From Bacteroidetes bacterium GWB2_32_14 (GTDB lineage Bacteria > Bacteroidota > Bacteroidia > Bacteroidales > UBA12077), in assembly GCA_001768235.1 (NCBI GenBank), contig MENK01000024.1, positions 84,468 to 148,467 on the forward strand: a stretch of 64,000 bases of DNA, given 5' to 3'. Below the pieces are notes generated by a model. That model was not told the DNA's origin. It searched no databases and worked only from the letters and a program-made list of their open reading frames with translations. Below are positions 56,473-64,000 of this stretch, in pieces. The translations under genes were made by a program, and so were the position numbers. Numbering within the stretch: the first letter of the stretch is position 1; every line of letters begins with the position of its first letter.

Positions 56473-58413
56473 TTATTGAAAATAGTTTTCTTTAAGTTTC
56501 TTTCTTAAGGCAGTAAAGATAATTATTTTAATATCGATCCAGAAATTCCAATATTTCATATATTCTTTATTAATTCTAACTTTATCAGGGAAAATTACCC
56601 TATCATTATATTCTTGAGGATTTGTAACTTTTTTTAAGATATCCTCTTCATCCACATATTTTAAAGATGCTGGCCCTGTAAGGCCAGGTTTTAATTGAAG
56701 AATTATTTTATCATCATCACATAACAAATCGGCATAACCAGGTACATCTGGTCGTGGTCCAACAAAACTCATATCTCCTCTTATAATGTTTATTAACTCT
56801 GGTAGTTCATCAATTTTTGATTTTCTTAAAAAATTACCAACTTGAGTTATTCGTTCGATTTCTTTAGCAGCTATACTTGTTTCTGATTTTGCTTTTTTCA
56901 TTGTTCTAAACTTGTATAATCGAAACAATTTCCCATTTTGACCTACTCGGGTTTGTGTATAAAATACAGGCCAACCCATTGAAATAATTACAATAATTGA
57001 AACCAATAATAATATTGGAAATAAAACAATTAAAAGTATTGTAGATGAAAAATAATCAAATATTTCTTTAAATAGTTTACTTCCGGGTTTAGCTAAGTTG
57101 AAATCAATATTCAAATCAGAAATTTCCTGATGGCGAATTAAAAATGATAATGAAAAAAGAAATAAAAAGATAGGTACACTAAAAATACTATTTCCGCTAA
57201 ACAATATAAAAACAGATGATACAAATAGCATTAATGAGTATAATGGGTAATTTGCAATATATATAATTCCATAATAGATAGAAAGAATTAAAAAAACCAA
57301 TACAAATAAACTACCTAAAAAACCTGAATATAAAAGAGAAGAAAGAATTGGGTTATGTGGATAATCAAATTCATTTAAATCGTTTTTAAATTTTTTTCCA
57401 AATTTCTCTAAATAAGTAAAACCACTACCAAATAATTTTTGACTAACATTTTGTTCATTAAATGTTTCAAATGCATATTTCAATTTTTCAACTTTAAATG
57501 CATCATTTATTAAAACATTAGTCATGTTTACATTAAACTCATTTACATTAATAGTTTGATTTTTAAAATAACCTGATTTAATACTCTCATTAAAATTGGG
57601 TTTATGCTTAACCAATAAAATTCCGCAAAATATTACTCCAATTAAAGTTAATGTTAATAATCTTGTATTTATTCTTAAATATTCAATCCGAGTATGTGTT
57701 TTACTTTTATTTATTGGAAACTGAACAAATACAAGTATGAAAAATGAAATTCCGAGAAGAAACAAAGAGCGCGATGAATAAGTAAAAAATATATTTACTA
57801 TTAATATTAAAATTAACATTTGAATATATGTCCTTTTTAATAAATTTAATTGTTTAGTAAGTACAGGAAGAAATGAAATAATTCCTAGAAAAGAAAACAA
57901 AGCAAAAAAGTTTGCATCCATATTTAATGATGTACCTGTAGAACCACTTATTATCTCTATATCATAAAATTGTAATATATAATTTGTTATCCCTATTAAA
58001 GATGCTATTATTGAGGATACTCCTATTATTCTGGTAATTTTTTTAAATATTTGTTTAAGATAAACGATACTTTTATTACCATGAATTATGATAAATAAAC
58101 AATACAATAATAAAATATTAATTGAGAATTCAGTTAAATCATTTAAGCAAGTTGCATATATTTTAATCGAATTTATAATTCCAATTAAATAAAAAATGCC
58201 CAGTATAATAAGAGGATAAAATGTTTTAATATATTCATAAAAAAGGTTTTTATTAAAAAACATTTTAAAGTAAAAAATAATGAAAAATATTAGATTTACT
58301 ATAAATACAGGAATAAAAACAAACTTAATACCTGGCAATACCATTCGCATGAACCATAATAATACGGTTAAGATAAAGCTAAGTGTAGTATAATAATAAT
58401 ATTTTTTATACAT
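56473..58413 (-). CDS. Fusion protein: N-terminal Wzy_C-like polytopic membrane domain plus a C-terminal monotopic phosphoglycosyl transferase (PglC/WbaP-C-like)
   Basis: The N-terminal ~440 aa are multi-TM and carry DYPHNPILSSLLYSGFLGSL. The C-terminal ~200 aa carry the re-entrant helix LLIVLFPILLLVSIIVIISMGWPVFY, then YKFRTM, IDELPELINIIRGDMSFVGPRP. The ATG at 58413 is preferred over the TTG at 58416. Confidence 0.8.
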   Translation of the reverse strand: MYKKYYYYTTLSFILTVLLWFMRMVLPGIKFVFIPVFIVNLIFFIIFYFKMFFNKNLFYEYIKTFYPLIILGIFYLIGIINSIKIYATCLNDLTEFSINILLLYCLFIIIHGNKSIVYLKQIFKKITRIIGVSSIIASLIGITNYILQFYDIEIISGSTGTSLNMDANFFALFSFLGIISFLPVLTKQLNLLKRTYIQMLILILIVNIFFTYSSRSLFLLGISFFILVFVQFPINKSKTHTRIEYLRINTRLLTLTLIGVIFCGILLVKHKPNFNESIKSGYFKNQTINVNEFNVNMTNVLINDAFKVEKLKYAFETFNEQNVSQKLFGSGFTYLEKFGKKFKNDLNEFDYPHNPILSSLLYSGFLGSLFVLVFLILSIYYGIIYIANYPLYSLMLFVSSVFILFSGNSIFSVPIFLFLFSLSFLIRHQEISDLNIDFNLAKPGSKLFKEIFDYFSSTILLIVLFPILLLVSIIVIISMGWPVFYTQTRVGQNGKLFRLYKFRTMKKAKSETSIAAKEIERITQVGNFLRKSKIDELPELINIIRGDMSFVGPRPDVPGYADLLCDDDKIILQLKPGLTGPASLKYVDEEDILKKVTNPQEYNDRVIFPDKVRINKEYMKYWNFWIDIKIIIFTALRKKLKENYFQ

Positions 58414-58416
58414 CAA

Positions 58417-59007
58417 TTATTTTAATCTCTTTGCAGGATTTCCAACCCAAGTTTGATGATCAGGAATATTTCTATTCACAATAGATCCTGCACCAATTAT
58501 TGACCATTTACCAATTTTAATTCCTGGTAAAATTACAGCTCCAGCACCAATAAATGTACCTTCATGAACTTTAACTCCTCCACATAAAGTAGCCCCAGGG
58601 CCAATATGAACAAAATCTTCAATAATACAATCATGATCTATTGAAGCCTTAGTATTTAAAATAATATGGTTTCCAATATAACACGATGAATTAACAATTA
58701 CACCAGGCATTATAACTGTACCATTACCAATTATTGATCTTTTTGAAATCTTACTCGTAATGTCAATAGCTTTTGTATATTTTGCTTTTGAATAATTTCC
58801 AGCTATCTTTTTTCTAGTCTTGTTATCACCTATTGAAATTAATAATTCAGAGCAATTAATTAGTTCAATATCTGGTTTATTACATTTATAGCCTAATAAC
58901 TCCGTAATTTTTTCATTGTCATCAAACAATCCATTAATTTCAATACCTATAGATTCTAAGATTTCAAGAATAACTTTAGCATGCCCCGAAGCTCCATAAA
59001 GATACAT
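58417..59007 (-). CDS. Hexapeptide-repeat sugar N-acetyltransferase (PglD/NeuD-like)
   Basis: An N-terminal Rossmann-like MYLYGASGHAK and a C-terminal left-handed beta-helix with repeats (IG..A.I). Confidence 0.85.
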   Translation of the reverse strand: MYLYGASGHAKVILEILESIGIEINGLFDDNEKITELLGYKCNKPDIELINCSELLISIGDNKTRKKIAGNYSKAKYTKAIDITSKISKRSIIGNGTVIMPGVIVNSSCYIGNHIILNTKASIDHDCIIEDFVHIGPGATLCGGVKVHEGTFIGAGAVILPGIKIGKWSIIGAGSIVNRNIPDHQTWVGNPAKRLK

Positions 59008-59017
59008 AACACTACAT

Positions 59018-59617
59018 TTAATTACTTGTAAATTTTTCTGATGTTAAAGAATTTTTTGATGATATACCTTCTTTATTAATTATTTTATATAATGTTTTTA
59101 ATAAAATCCGTAAATCCAAAAAAAAAGATAAATTGTTGACATACCAAACATCATATTCAAATTTTTGTTCCCAAGATATTGCATTACGCCCATTTACTTG
59201 TGCCCAACCTGTTATTCCTGGTTTCACATTATGCCGTTGCATTTGAAATTCATTATATAATGGCAAATATTCAGGTAATAATGGTCGTGGTCCAACTAAT
59301 GACATATCTCCTTTTAAAACATTCATTAATTGTGGAATCTCATCCAAAGATAATTTTCTAATATTTTTGCCGATAAAAGTTAATCTATATTCATCTGGAA
59401 GTAATTTACCATTTTTATCAGTTTTATCATTCATTGTTTTAAACTTTATAATTTTAAATATTTTTCCATTCTTACCCGGGCGTTTTTGGATAAAAAATGG
59501 TTTTCCGGAGTTTGTAATAAATAAAAATAAAGTAACAATTATAAATACAGGTAAAAGTATAATAAATACAACTAATGCAAACACTCTATCAAATGTTCCT
59601 TTTACAATTCTATACAT
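59018..59617 (-). CDS. Monotopic phosphoglycosyl transferase (PglC/WcfS-like initiating sugar transferase)
   Basis: About 200 aa with the re-entrant helix VVFIILLPVFIIVTLFLF, then IKFKTM, LDEIPQLMNVLKGDMSLVGPRP and GITGWAQVNG. Confidence 0.9.
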   Translation of the reverse strand: MYRIVKGTFDRVFALVVFIILLPVFIIVTLFLFITNSGKPFFIQKRPGKNGKIFKIIKFKTMNDKTDKNGKLLPDEYRLTFIGKNIRKLSLDEIPQLMNVLKGDMSLVGPRPLLPEYLPLYNEFQMQRHNVKPGITGWAQVNGRNAISWEQKFEYDVWYVNNLSFFLDLRILLKTLYKIINKEGISSKNSLTSEKFTSN

Positions 59618-60764
59618 TCCTTATACAATTATAATATTCTTTTAAAATGAGTTCCCATATCTTCTGTTGCTCATATAAACATACTATACGTTCTCTTGCC
59701 TTTTTACCCATTGCATAGCAATCAATCGTTTCATCAGATATTATAGCTTCCATTGCCAAATATAGCGCTTTACTATCTTTTGGTGGTACAATAATTCCTG
59801 TTTCATTATGGATTACAATCTCATTTGAACCATTTATATCTGTAACAATGCTACATTTTTCCATAGCACCCGCTTGCAATACAACATTAGGAAAACCTTC
59901 TCTGTAACTGGGAAAAACAAAACAGTTAGCAATACTCAGATAAGGTCGCACGTCTGATTGAAAACCAATCATAATTATATTCTCGTTTTTAGCGATTGTA
60001 TCTTTTGACTTTACTGAGATTGGGTCTCTTTCTTCTTCATAGTCACCAACAAGAAGAAGTTTAATATTTTTTCTTTTCAGTAAAACTTGTTCAAAAGCAC
60101 TTAACATTTCATTTACTCCTTTGTCTTTTACTAATCTTCCAATATACAAGAATATAAAATCATTAGTTTTAATATTTAATTTTTCTCTAATAATAAGTGA
60201 TTGATCTTCAAAATATTTTGGCATAAAATAATTGGTATCTATCCCATTAGTACTTCCATTCCCAATGACCTTTACTTTTGATTCATGCGCAATTTTTTCA
60301 TTAACAATATATTCTGCAAGTTTTTTTGAATTAGGATATACTTGATTGGCACATAAATAAGTTATTTTCTCAATAAATTTATATATTAAAAATTTCAACC
60401 CTTTCGATTCCATTAGAGGTAAGCCGGCTACTGTGTGAAGCCTTACTGGTACTTTTGCAAAAAAAGATGCAATCATGCCTACCATTCCTGCTTTTGGTGT
60501 ATGTGTGTGTACAATTGTAGGTTTCTCTTTTTTTATTAATATATACATCCTTATTATACTCAAAATATCCTTGATAGGACTCGGTTTTCGCTCCATTGGC
60601 AGCTCTATGCAGCGAATTCCTTCATTCTTTATTACCTCATCTATTTCAACACCAGGTGCAGATACCCCTATCACTTCAAAATGCTGAGACATAAACTTTA
60701 ACTGCCCTTTGAGAAGAATTTTTAAGGAGATTGGAACCGTTGTTATTCTTAGCAATTTAATCAT
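59610..60764 (-). CDS. Family 4 glycosyltransferase (PglA-like position)
   Basis: GT-B layout with FVFPSYREGFPNVVLQAGAMEKCSIVTD (E-x7-E region). There are 8-nt overlaps with both neighbours. Confidence 0.85.
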   Translation of the reverse strand: MIKLLRITTVPISLKILLKGQLKFMSQHFEVIGVSAPGVEIDEVIKNEGIRCIELPMERKPSPIKDILSIIRMYILIKKEKPTIVHTHTPKAGMVGMIASFFAKVPVRLHTVAGLPLMESKGLKFLIYKFIEKITYLCANQVYPNSKKLAEYIVNEKIAHESKVKVIGNGSTNGIDTNYFMPKYFEDQSLIIREKLNIKTNDFIFLYIGRLVKDKGVNEMLSAFEQVLLKRKNIKLLLVGDYEEERDPISVKSKDTIAKNENIIMIGFQSDVRPYLSIANCFVFPSYREGFPNVVLQAGAMEKCSIVTDINGSNEIVIHNETGIIVPPKDSKALYLAMEAIISDETIDCYAMGKKARERIVCLYEQQKIWELILKEYYNCIRNV

Positions 60765-63357
60765 AAGTTTTACTACCTTTTATTGTTGGTAAAAAAGGAA
60801 TTAATGAAAATAAAGCAAAAACAGGTATTGAAAAATGACTATTCCCACTAAAAAAAGCAAAAACAAATGCCACCATATATAAGATAGCAAATATTGCTAG
60901 TTCCTTTCTCAATTTCCAATAACTATAAAAACTTAATCCTAAAAAATAGGTATATAGTAACCCACCTAAAACTCCAGAATATAAAAATGCTGAAATTATT
61001 GGGTTGTGAGGATAATCACCATCGACTTTTGTTTTAAAAATTTTATGGTAGACTGAAAGGTATTCTAATCTCTTACCAATCATTTTTTCTAAAATACTAT
61101 ATTCCTTAAAATATTTATATGCGAAATGCCATCGAATCAACCTACTTGTATATAGGTCTCTTGTTTGGTCAAGTTTTTCAAGTTTATAATATGCTAATAA
61201 GCTATCCTGAGTTATTGTAGCATAATTTTCATCAGCATATTTTCCCAATTTAAAAAACATTCCAGTATGATTTCTTTGTAGTTCTGTTAACTTTAGTTCC
61301 TTCTTATTACTATATAAAATATATTTAAAATCAGAAACAAAAAATGAATCCTGTTTAAACTTAGAACCAATGACTAAACTTGCGCAAAGAGATAAACAAT
61401 CTTCTACTTTAAAAGAATCTTTTACGAAGTATAGTTCGCCAATTTTTTCAGTAGTAAAAAATCTATTTTTTAATTTCGTATAATGTGGTTCTGTCTGTGG
61501 ATATCTTCCTATTTTATAGAATAGATTATCCGGATGAATATTGGTTTTATATGAAACTACATAAGTTTGATCAGGTATTGTAGGTACTATCTTCATTATA
61601 GCTCCATTTCTTCCAGTGGTTTTATATGATGCAAAATTAACTGAAGAACTATCTATATTAGAACGTGCATAAATTCTAAATTTCTGATTAAACACAATTT
61701 TATCTTGCATTAAAAATAAGGAATCGATATTCACATTTCTATTATCTGATGGATTATGCTCATTTTTAATAGCTACAATTGTTCTTTCATACAATTCTTT
61801 TTTCTCTATTGTATTTTTTTGAGGAGAATTTATAACAAGCTTTGAAAGTTGTTGTCTTTTCCAACTTAAATTAGAAATGATAAGTTCTGGGGAATTAAAA
61901 TCAATTTCAAATCTAATTTTATCAGCAGTCTCCTTAAGAATGTCTAATACTATTATTTTTTTATATTTATTATTTCGGTCAATACTGATAACAGTATCTT
62001 TAATAATGGAATGAAAAGCCTGACTATAAAAATCCAAAAGCCTAAATTGCGGTGTAGATGTTGTTGATGAGTAATCAAAGTTTAAAGTAAAACGAGAACT
62101 ATCGCTTGCAGGTAAAAAACTTAATAAACGTGAATTATCACCTGAAACTAATGATTTAAAAATAAACGTATTTTTATTTGAATTGTAATCTTCTAGGATG
62201 CAGTTCCCAAAACTTATTGGAATAAAAGAGTATTCAAAATCATAATCAACATTATAAGATAAAGGCAAATTGGTTAATTTTGTTTTATTAAAAACAGAGT
62301 CAGGAATTCTTTCTGCTTCTGGTATGTAGCTAATTAGTTCATCTTTTGAATCTACAAACAAAGCTAACTCATTGATACTTTTATAAATGTTGTTGGAATC
62401 CTTATTATGTTTTATATCATCTATTATTTTACTTTTTGGGATTTGCCCAAAAATAAAAGGAGGTGAGAAAAAACAAACTTTGTCAGGATTTCCTTCAAAT
62501 ATAGAATAATACTTTGCTGCAGTTGCTATAATACTATTAGAAAGAGATGTTGATTTAACATTATAAAGTAAGTAATGTCTAAAATTGTTGTTTATAAAAA
62601 GAGTAAGTGATAATGTTAACACTGAGAATACTATAAAAATATAAACCATAATCTGTTTACACTTTGAACGATATTTCTTCAATATTAGTCCTATTAATAT
62701 TAAGAATACTAAAACTGAAAGTATAATAATTCCCCTACGTGATGATAGTGTTAAGATAATAAAAGTTATTATAACAAGAAAAACATTATACAGTAATACT
62801 TTCCATCTTGTTTGATCTTCAGAATAAATGCGATAAACAATAATTATGACAGACATAATAAGATACATGGCTGTCATATTAAAATCGACTTCATTTGAAA
62901 ATAAATAAAATGTATACTCAGTATTTATTAACTTGTATAATGTAAATGTTATTATAAATGCTATATAAATTAAAAATATGTCAACAAATTTATTTTTAAT
63001 AAAACTTAGACCCTTATGAATAGAAACCAGGGAAAGAGAAACATAAAGTACTAAGGCAGATAAAATTCGAAAAAGCTCTTTTTCAATTAAACTAGTTTTA
63101 GTTTGAGTAAACAAGATAGCAACTATTAAAACTAAAGCAACTATAAATAGCAACCATGCATTTCTAAAACATATTATTATGTTTTCTTTAAGCGTAATAA
63201 CTGAAAAATTAACTAAATAAAAAACTCCAAATATCATTAAAGAGATTCCTGATATGAAAAATTGAAATGGTAAAAATGCCCTAAAAATCAATGATAATGA
63301 TGAAATAATTGGCAATATATAAAAGAAAACTTGGTATTTATTTATTATTTTCTGCAT
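60757..63357 (-). CDS. Large polytopic membrane protein with a ~480-aa extracytoplasmic insert and a C-terminal Wzy_C-like module (O-antigen ligase/polymerase/O-OTase superfamily)
   Basis: About 8 N-terminal TM segments, then a soluble beta-rich middle. The C-terminal GDYPHNPIISAFLYSGVLGGLLY...FFSGNSHFSIPVFALFSL is paralogous to the N-domain of the 646-aa fusion protein. Confidence 0.6.
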   Translation of the reverse strand: MQKIINKYQVFFYILPIISSLSLIFRAFLPFQFFISGISLMIFGVFYLVNFSVITLKENIIICFRNAWLLFIVALVLIVAILFTQTKTSLIEKELFRILSALVLYVSLSLVSIHKGLSFIKNKFVDIFLIYIAFIITFTLYKLINTEYTFYLFSNEVDFNMTAMYLIMSVIIIVYRIYSEDQTRWKVLLYNVFLVIITFIILTLSSRRGIIILSVLVFLILIGLILKKYRSKCKQIMVYIFIVFSVLTLSLTLFINNNFRHYLLYNVKSTSLSNSIIATAAKYYSIFEGNPDKVCFFSPPFIFGQIPKSKIIDDIKHNKDSNNIYKSINELALFVDSKDELISYIPEAERIPDSVFNKTKLTNLPLSYNVDYDFEYSFIPISFGNCILEDYNSNKNTFIFKSLVSGDNSRLLSFLPASDSSRFTLNFDYSSTTSTPQFRLLDFYSQAFHSIIKDTVISIDRNNKYKKIIVLDILKETADKIRFEIDFNSPELIISNLSWKRQQLSKLVINSPQKNTIEKKELYERTIVAIKNEHNPSDNRNVNIDSLFLMQDKIVFNQKFRIYARSNIDSSSVNFASYKTTGRNGAIMKIVPTIPDQTYVVSYKTNIHPDNLFYKIGRYPQTEPHYTKLKNRFFTTEKIGELYFVKDSFKVEDCLSLCASLVIGSKFKQDSFFVSDFKYILYSNKKELKLTELQRNHTGMFFKLGKYADENYATITQDSLLAYYKLEKLDQTRDLYTSRLIRWHFAYKYFKEYSILEKMIGKRLEYLSVYHKIFKTKVDGDYPHNPIISAFLYSGVLGGLLYTYFLGLSFYSYWKLRKELAIFAILYMVAFVFAFFSGNSHFSIPVFALFSLIPFLPTIKGSKTYD

Positions 63358-63716
63358 TTAAATTGGAATGAATTATTTACATTGAAAATTTAGTTTGTAA
63401 TTTGCTTTTTTCAATCATTTCATTTGACTTATACTTTGTTTAATTTGATGATAAACAATAGCTCATTCTTAACAAGCGATATGCTTTCCATTAAAATATT
63501 ATAATTAGAAACTAAATCTGTAATTAGATTAGACCTTCTATACACTATAAACTTTTACTTTTTATTTTTTTTCACCTCATCGAATGCCGATACTGGAGAT
63601 GAAAAATTACGACACATTTCTTAATTGTCCTTTTGATAAATCCAACAAATAATTTGATACTGTTTAATTTTTACTATTTTTTTCACAGAGTAAAATTTAA
63701 AAGATAAAAATTATGT

Positions 63717-64000
63717 TCATCTTTGCCAAACCACCCTATTCACATAATCTATATATGAAAGAATAATTCGGATCACTTTCTCAGAAACATTGGGCATTGA
63801 ATAATCAGAAACTAAACGTAAAGTTCTATCTTTTCCTCTTTTTTGTTTATCTAAAATAGCTAGACCTTGCATTATTCTATCCTCTGACATTCCAACCATC
63901 ATTACTGAAGATTCCTCCATTGCTCCTGGTCTTTCGTGAGCTTCTCTAATATTTAAAGCAGGAAAATTTAAAATTGAAGACTCTTCCGAAATTGTCCCAC
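63717..64000 (-). CDS. Second WecB/FnlC-like UDP-sugar 2-epimerase, C-terminal part only (gene continues past the right edge)
   Basis: The reverse complement reads ...[36 protein letters not shown]...[30 protein letters not shown]. This is collinear with the C-terminus of the 46893..48029 product. The track shows only the part from an internal Met. Confidence 0.8.
   Translation of the reverse strand, partial: GTISEESSILNFPALNIREAHERPGAMEESSVMMVGMSEDRIMQGLAILDKQKRGKDRTLRLVSDYSMPNVSEKVIRIILSYIDYVNRVVWQR

Noticed and set aside
63358-63716. An invertible (phase-variable) promoter upstream of the glycan operon, as in Bacteroides capsule loci
   Set aside because: I looked for flanking inverted repeats in this 359-nt spacer. 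I found only one imperfect A/T-rich pair, ttttttcacctc...gagatgaaaaa, near 63565-63606, with a 17-nt spacer. That is far too short to enclose a promoter, and no recombinase gene is present.

Overview
This is a 64-kb AT-rich bacterial chromosomal segment. I found no rRNA, tRNA, CRISPR array, transposase or integrase. All homology calls are by-eye motif recognition, with no database search or HMM run. Gene content and signals fit a Bacteroidota-like, probably anaerobic or facultative organism, but that is inference only. The signals are TAnnTTTG-type -7 boxes, near absence of Shine-Dalgarno sequences, a LysM+PBP protein, 5TMR-LYT and TPR histidine kinases, a Wzx/Wzy glycan locus and anaerobe-type redox genes.

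Blocks:
(1) 1-5857, minus strand: ABC-F ATPase 5' end, secreted coiled-coil protein, lipid kinase, LCM-type SAM methyltransferase, SNF2 helicase.
(2) 6155-12757: a NuoE-like protein, a NuoF-like protein, a 1247-aa fusion (2Fe2S, GltD-like, degenerate molybdopterin domain) and a ferritin-like protein. This is a candidate flavin-based electron-bifurcating transhydrogenase of the Stn / Nfn-Bfu type.
(3) 12909-17933: LysM/PBP protein, small hypothetical protein, M1 aminopeptidase.
(4) 18058-40516: a signalling island. A hybrid HK, a receiver and a Crp/Fnr regulator lie on the minus strand, divergent from a co-oriented chemosensory cluster. Its order is receiver, large coiled-coil protein, STAS, cheY, cheA, cheW, mcp, cheW, mcp, cheR, His-less HK, cheD, cheB, GAF-PAS sensor, TPR-HK.
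(5) 40799-45672: 5'-nucleotidase, alkaline phosphatase, nucleoside phosphorylase, transglutaminase-like protein.
(6) 45759-64000: a surface-glycan locus. It holds a Wzz-like protein, fnlABC for UDP-L-FucNAc, Wzy, GT2, GT4, Wzx, a PglE/D/C/A-like set, a Wzy_C-PGT fusion, an 866-aa Wzy_C-like protein, and the start of a second locus.

The best candidates for something new are in the Che cluster:
- a ~600-aa coiled-coil protein with a CheZ-like DxxxQ motif and a CheZ-like acidic, aromatic-ended tail;
- a kinase-fold protein whose phospho-acceptor His is replaced by Asn while the ExxN phosphatase motif and the ATPase boxes remain;
- a duplicated cheW-mcp module with swapped sensor domains and C-terminal aromatic pentapeptides.
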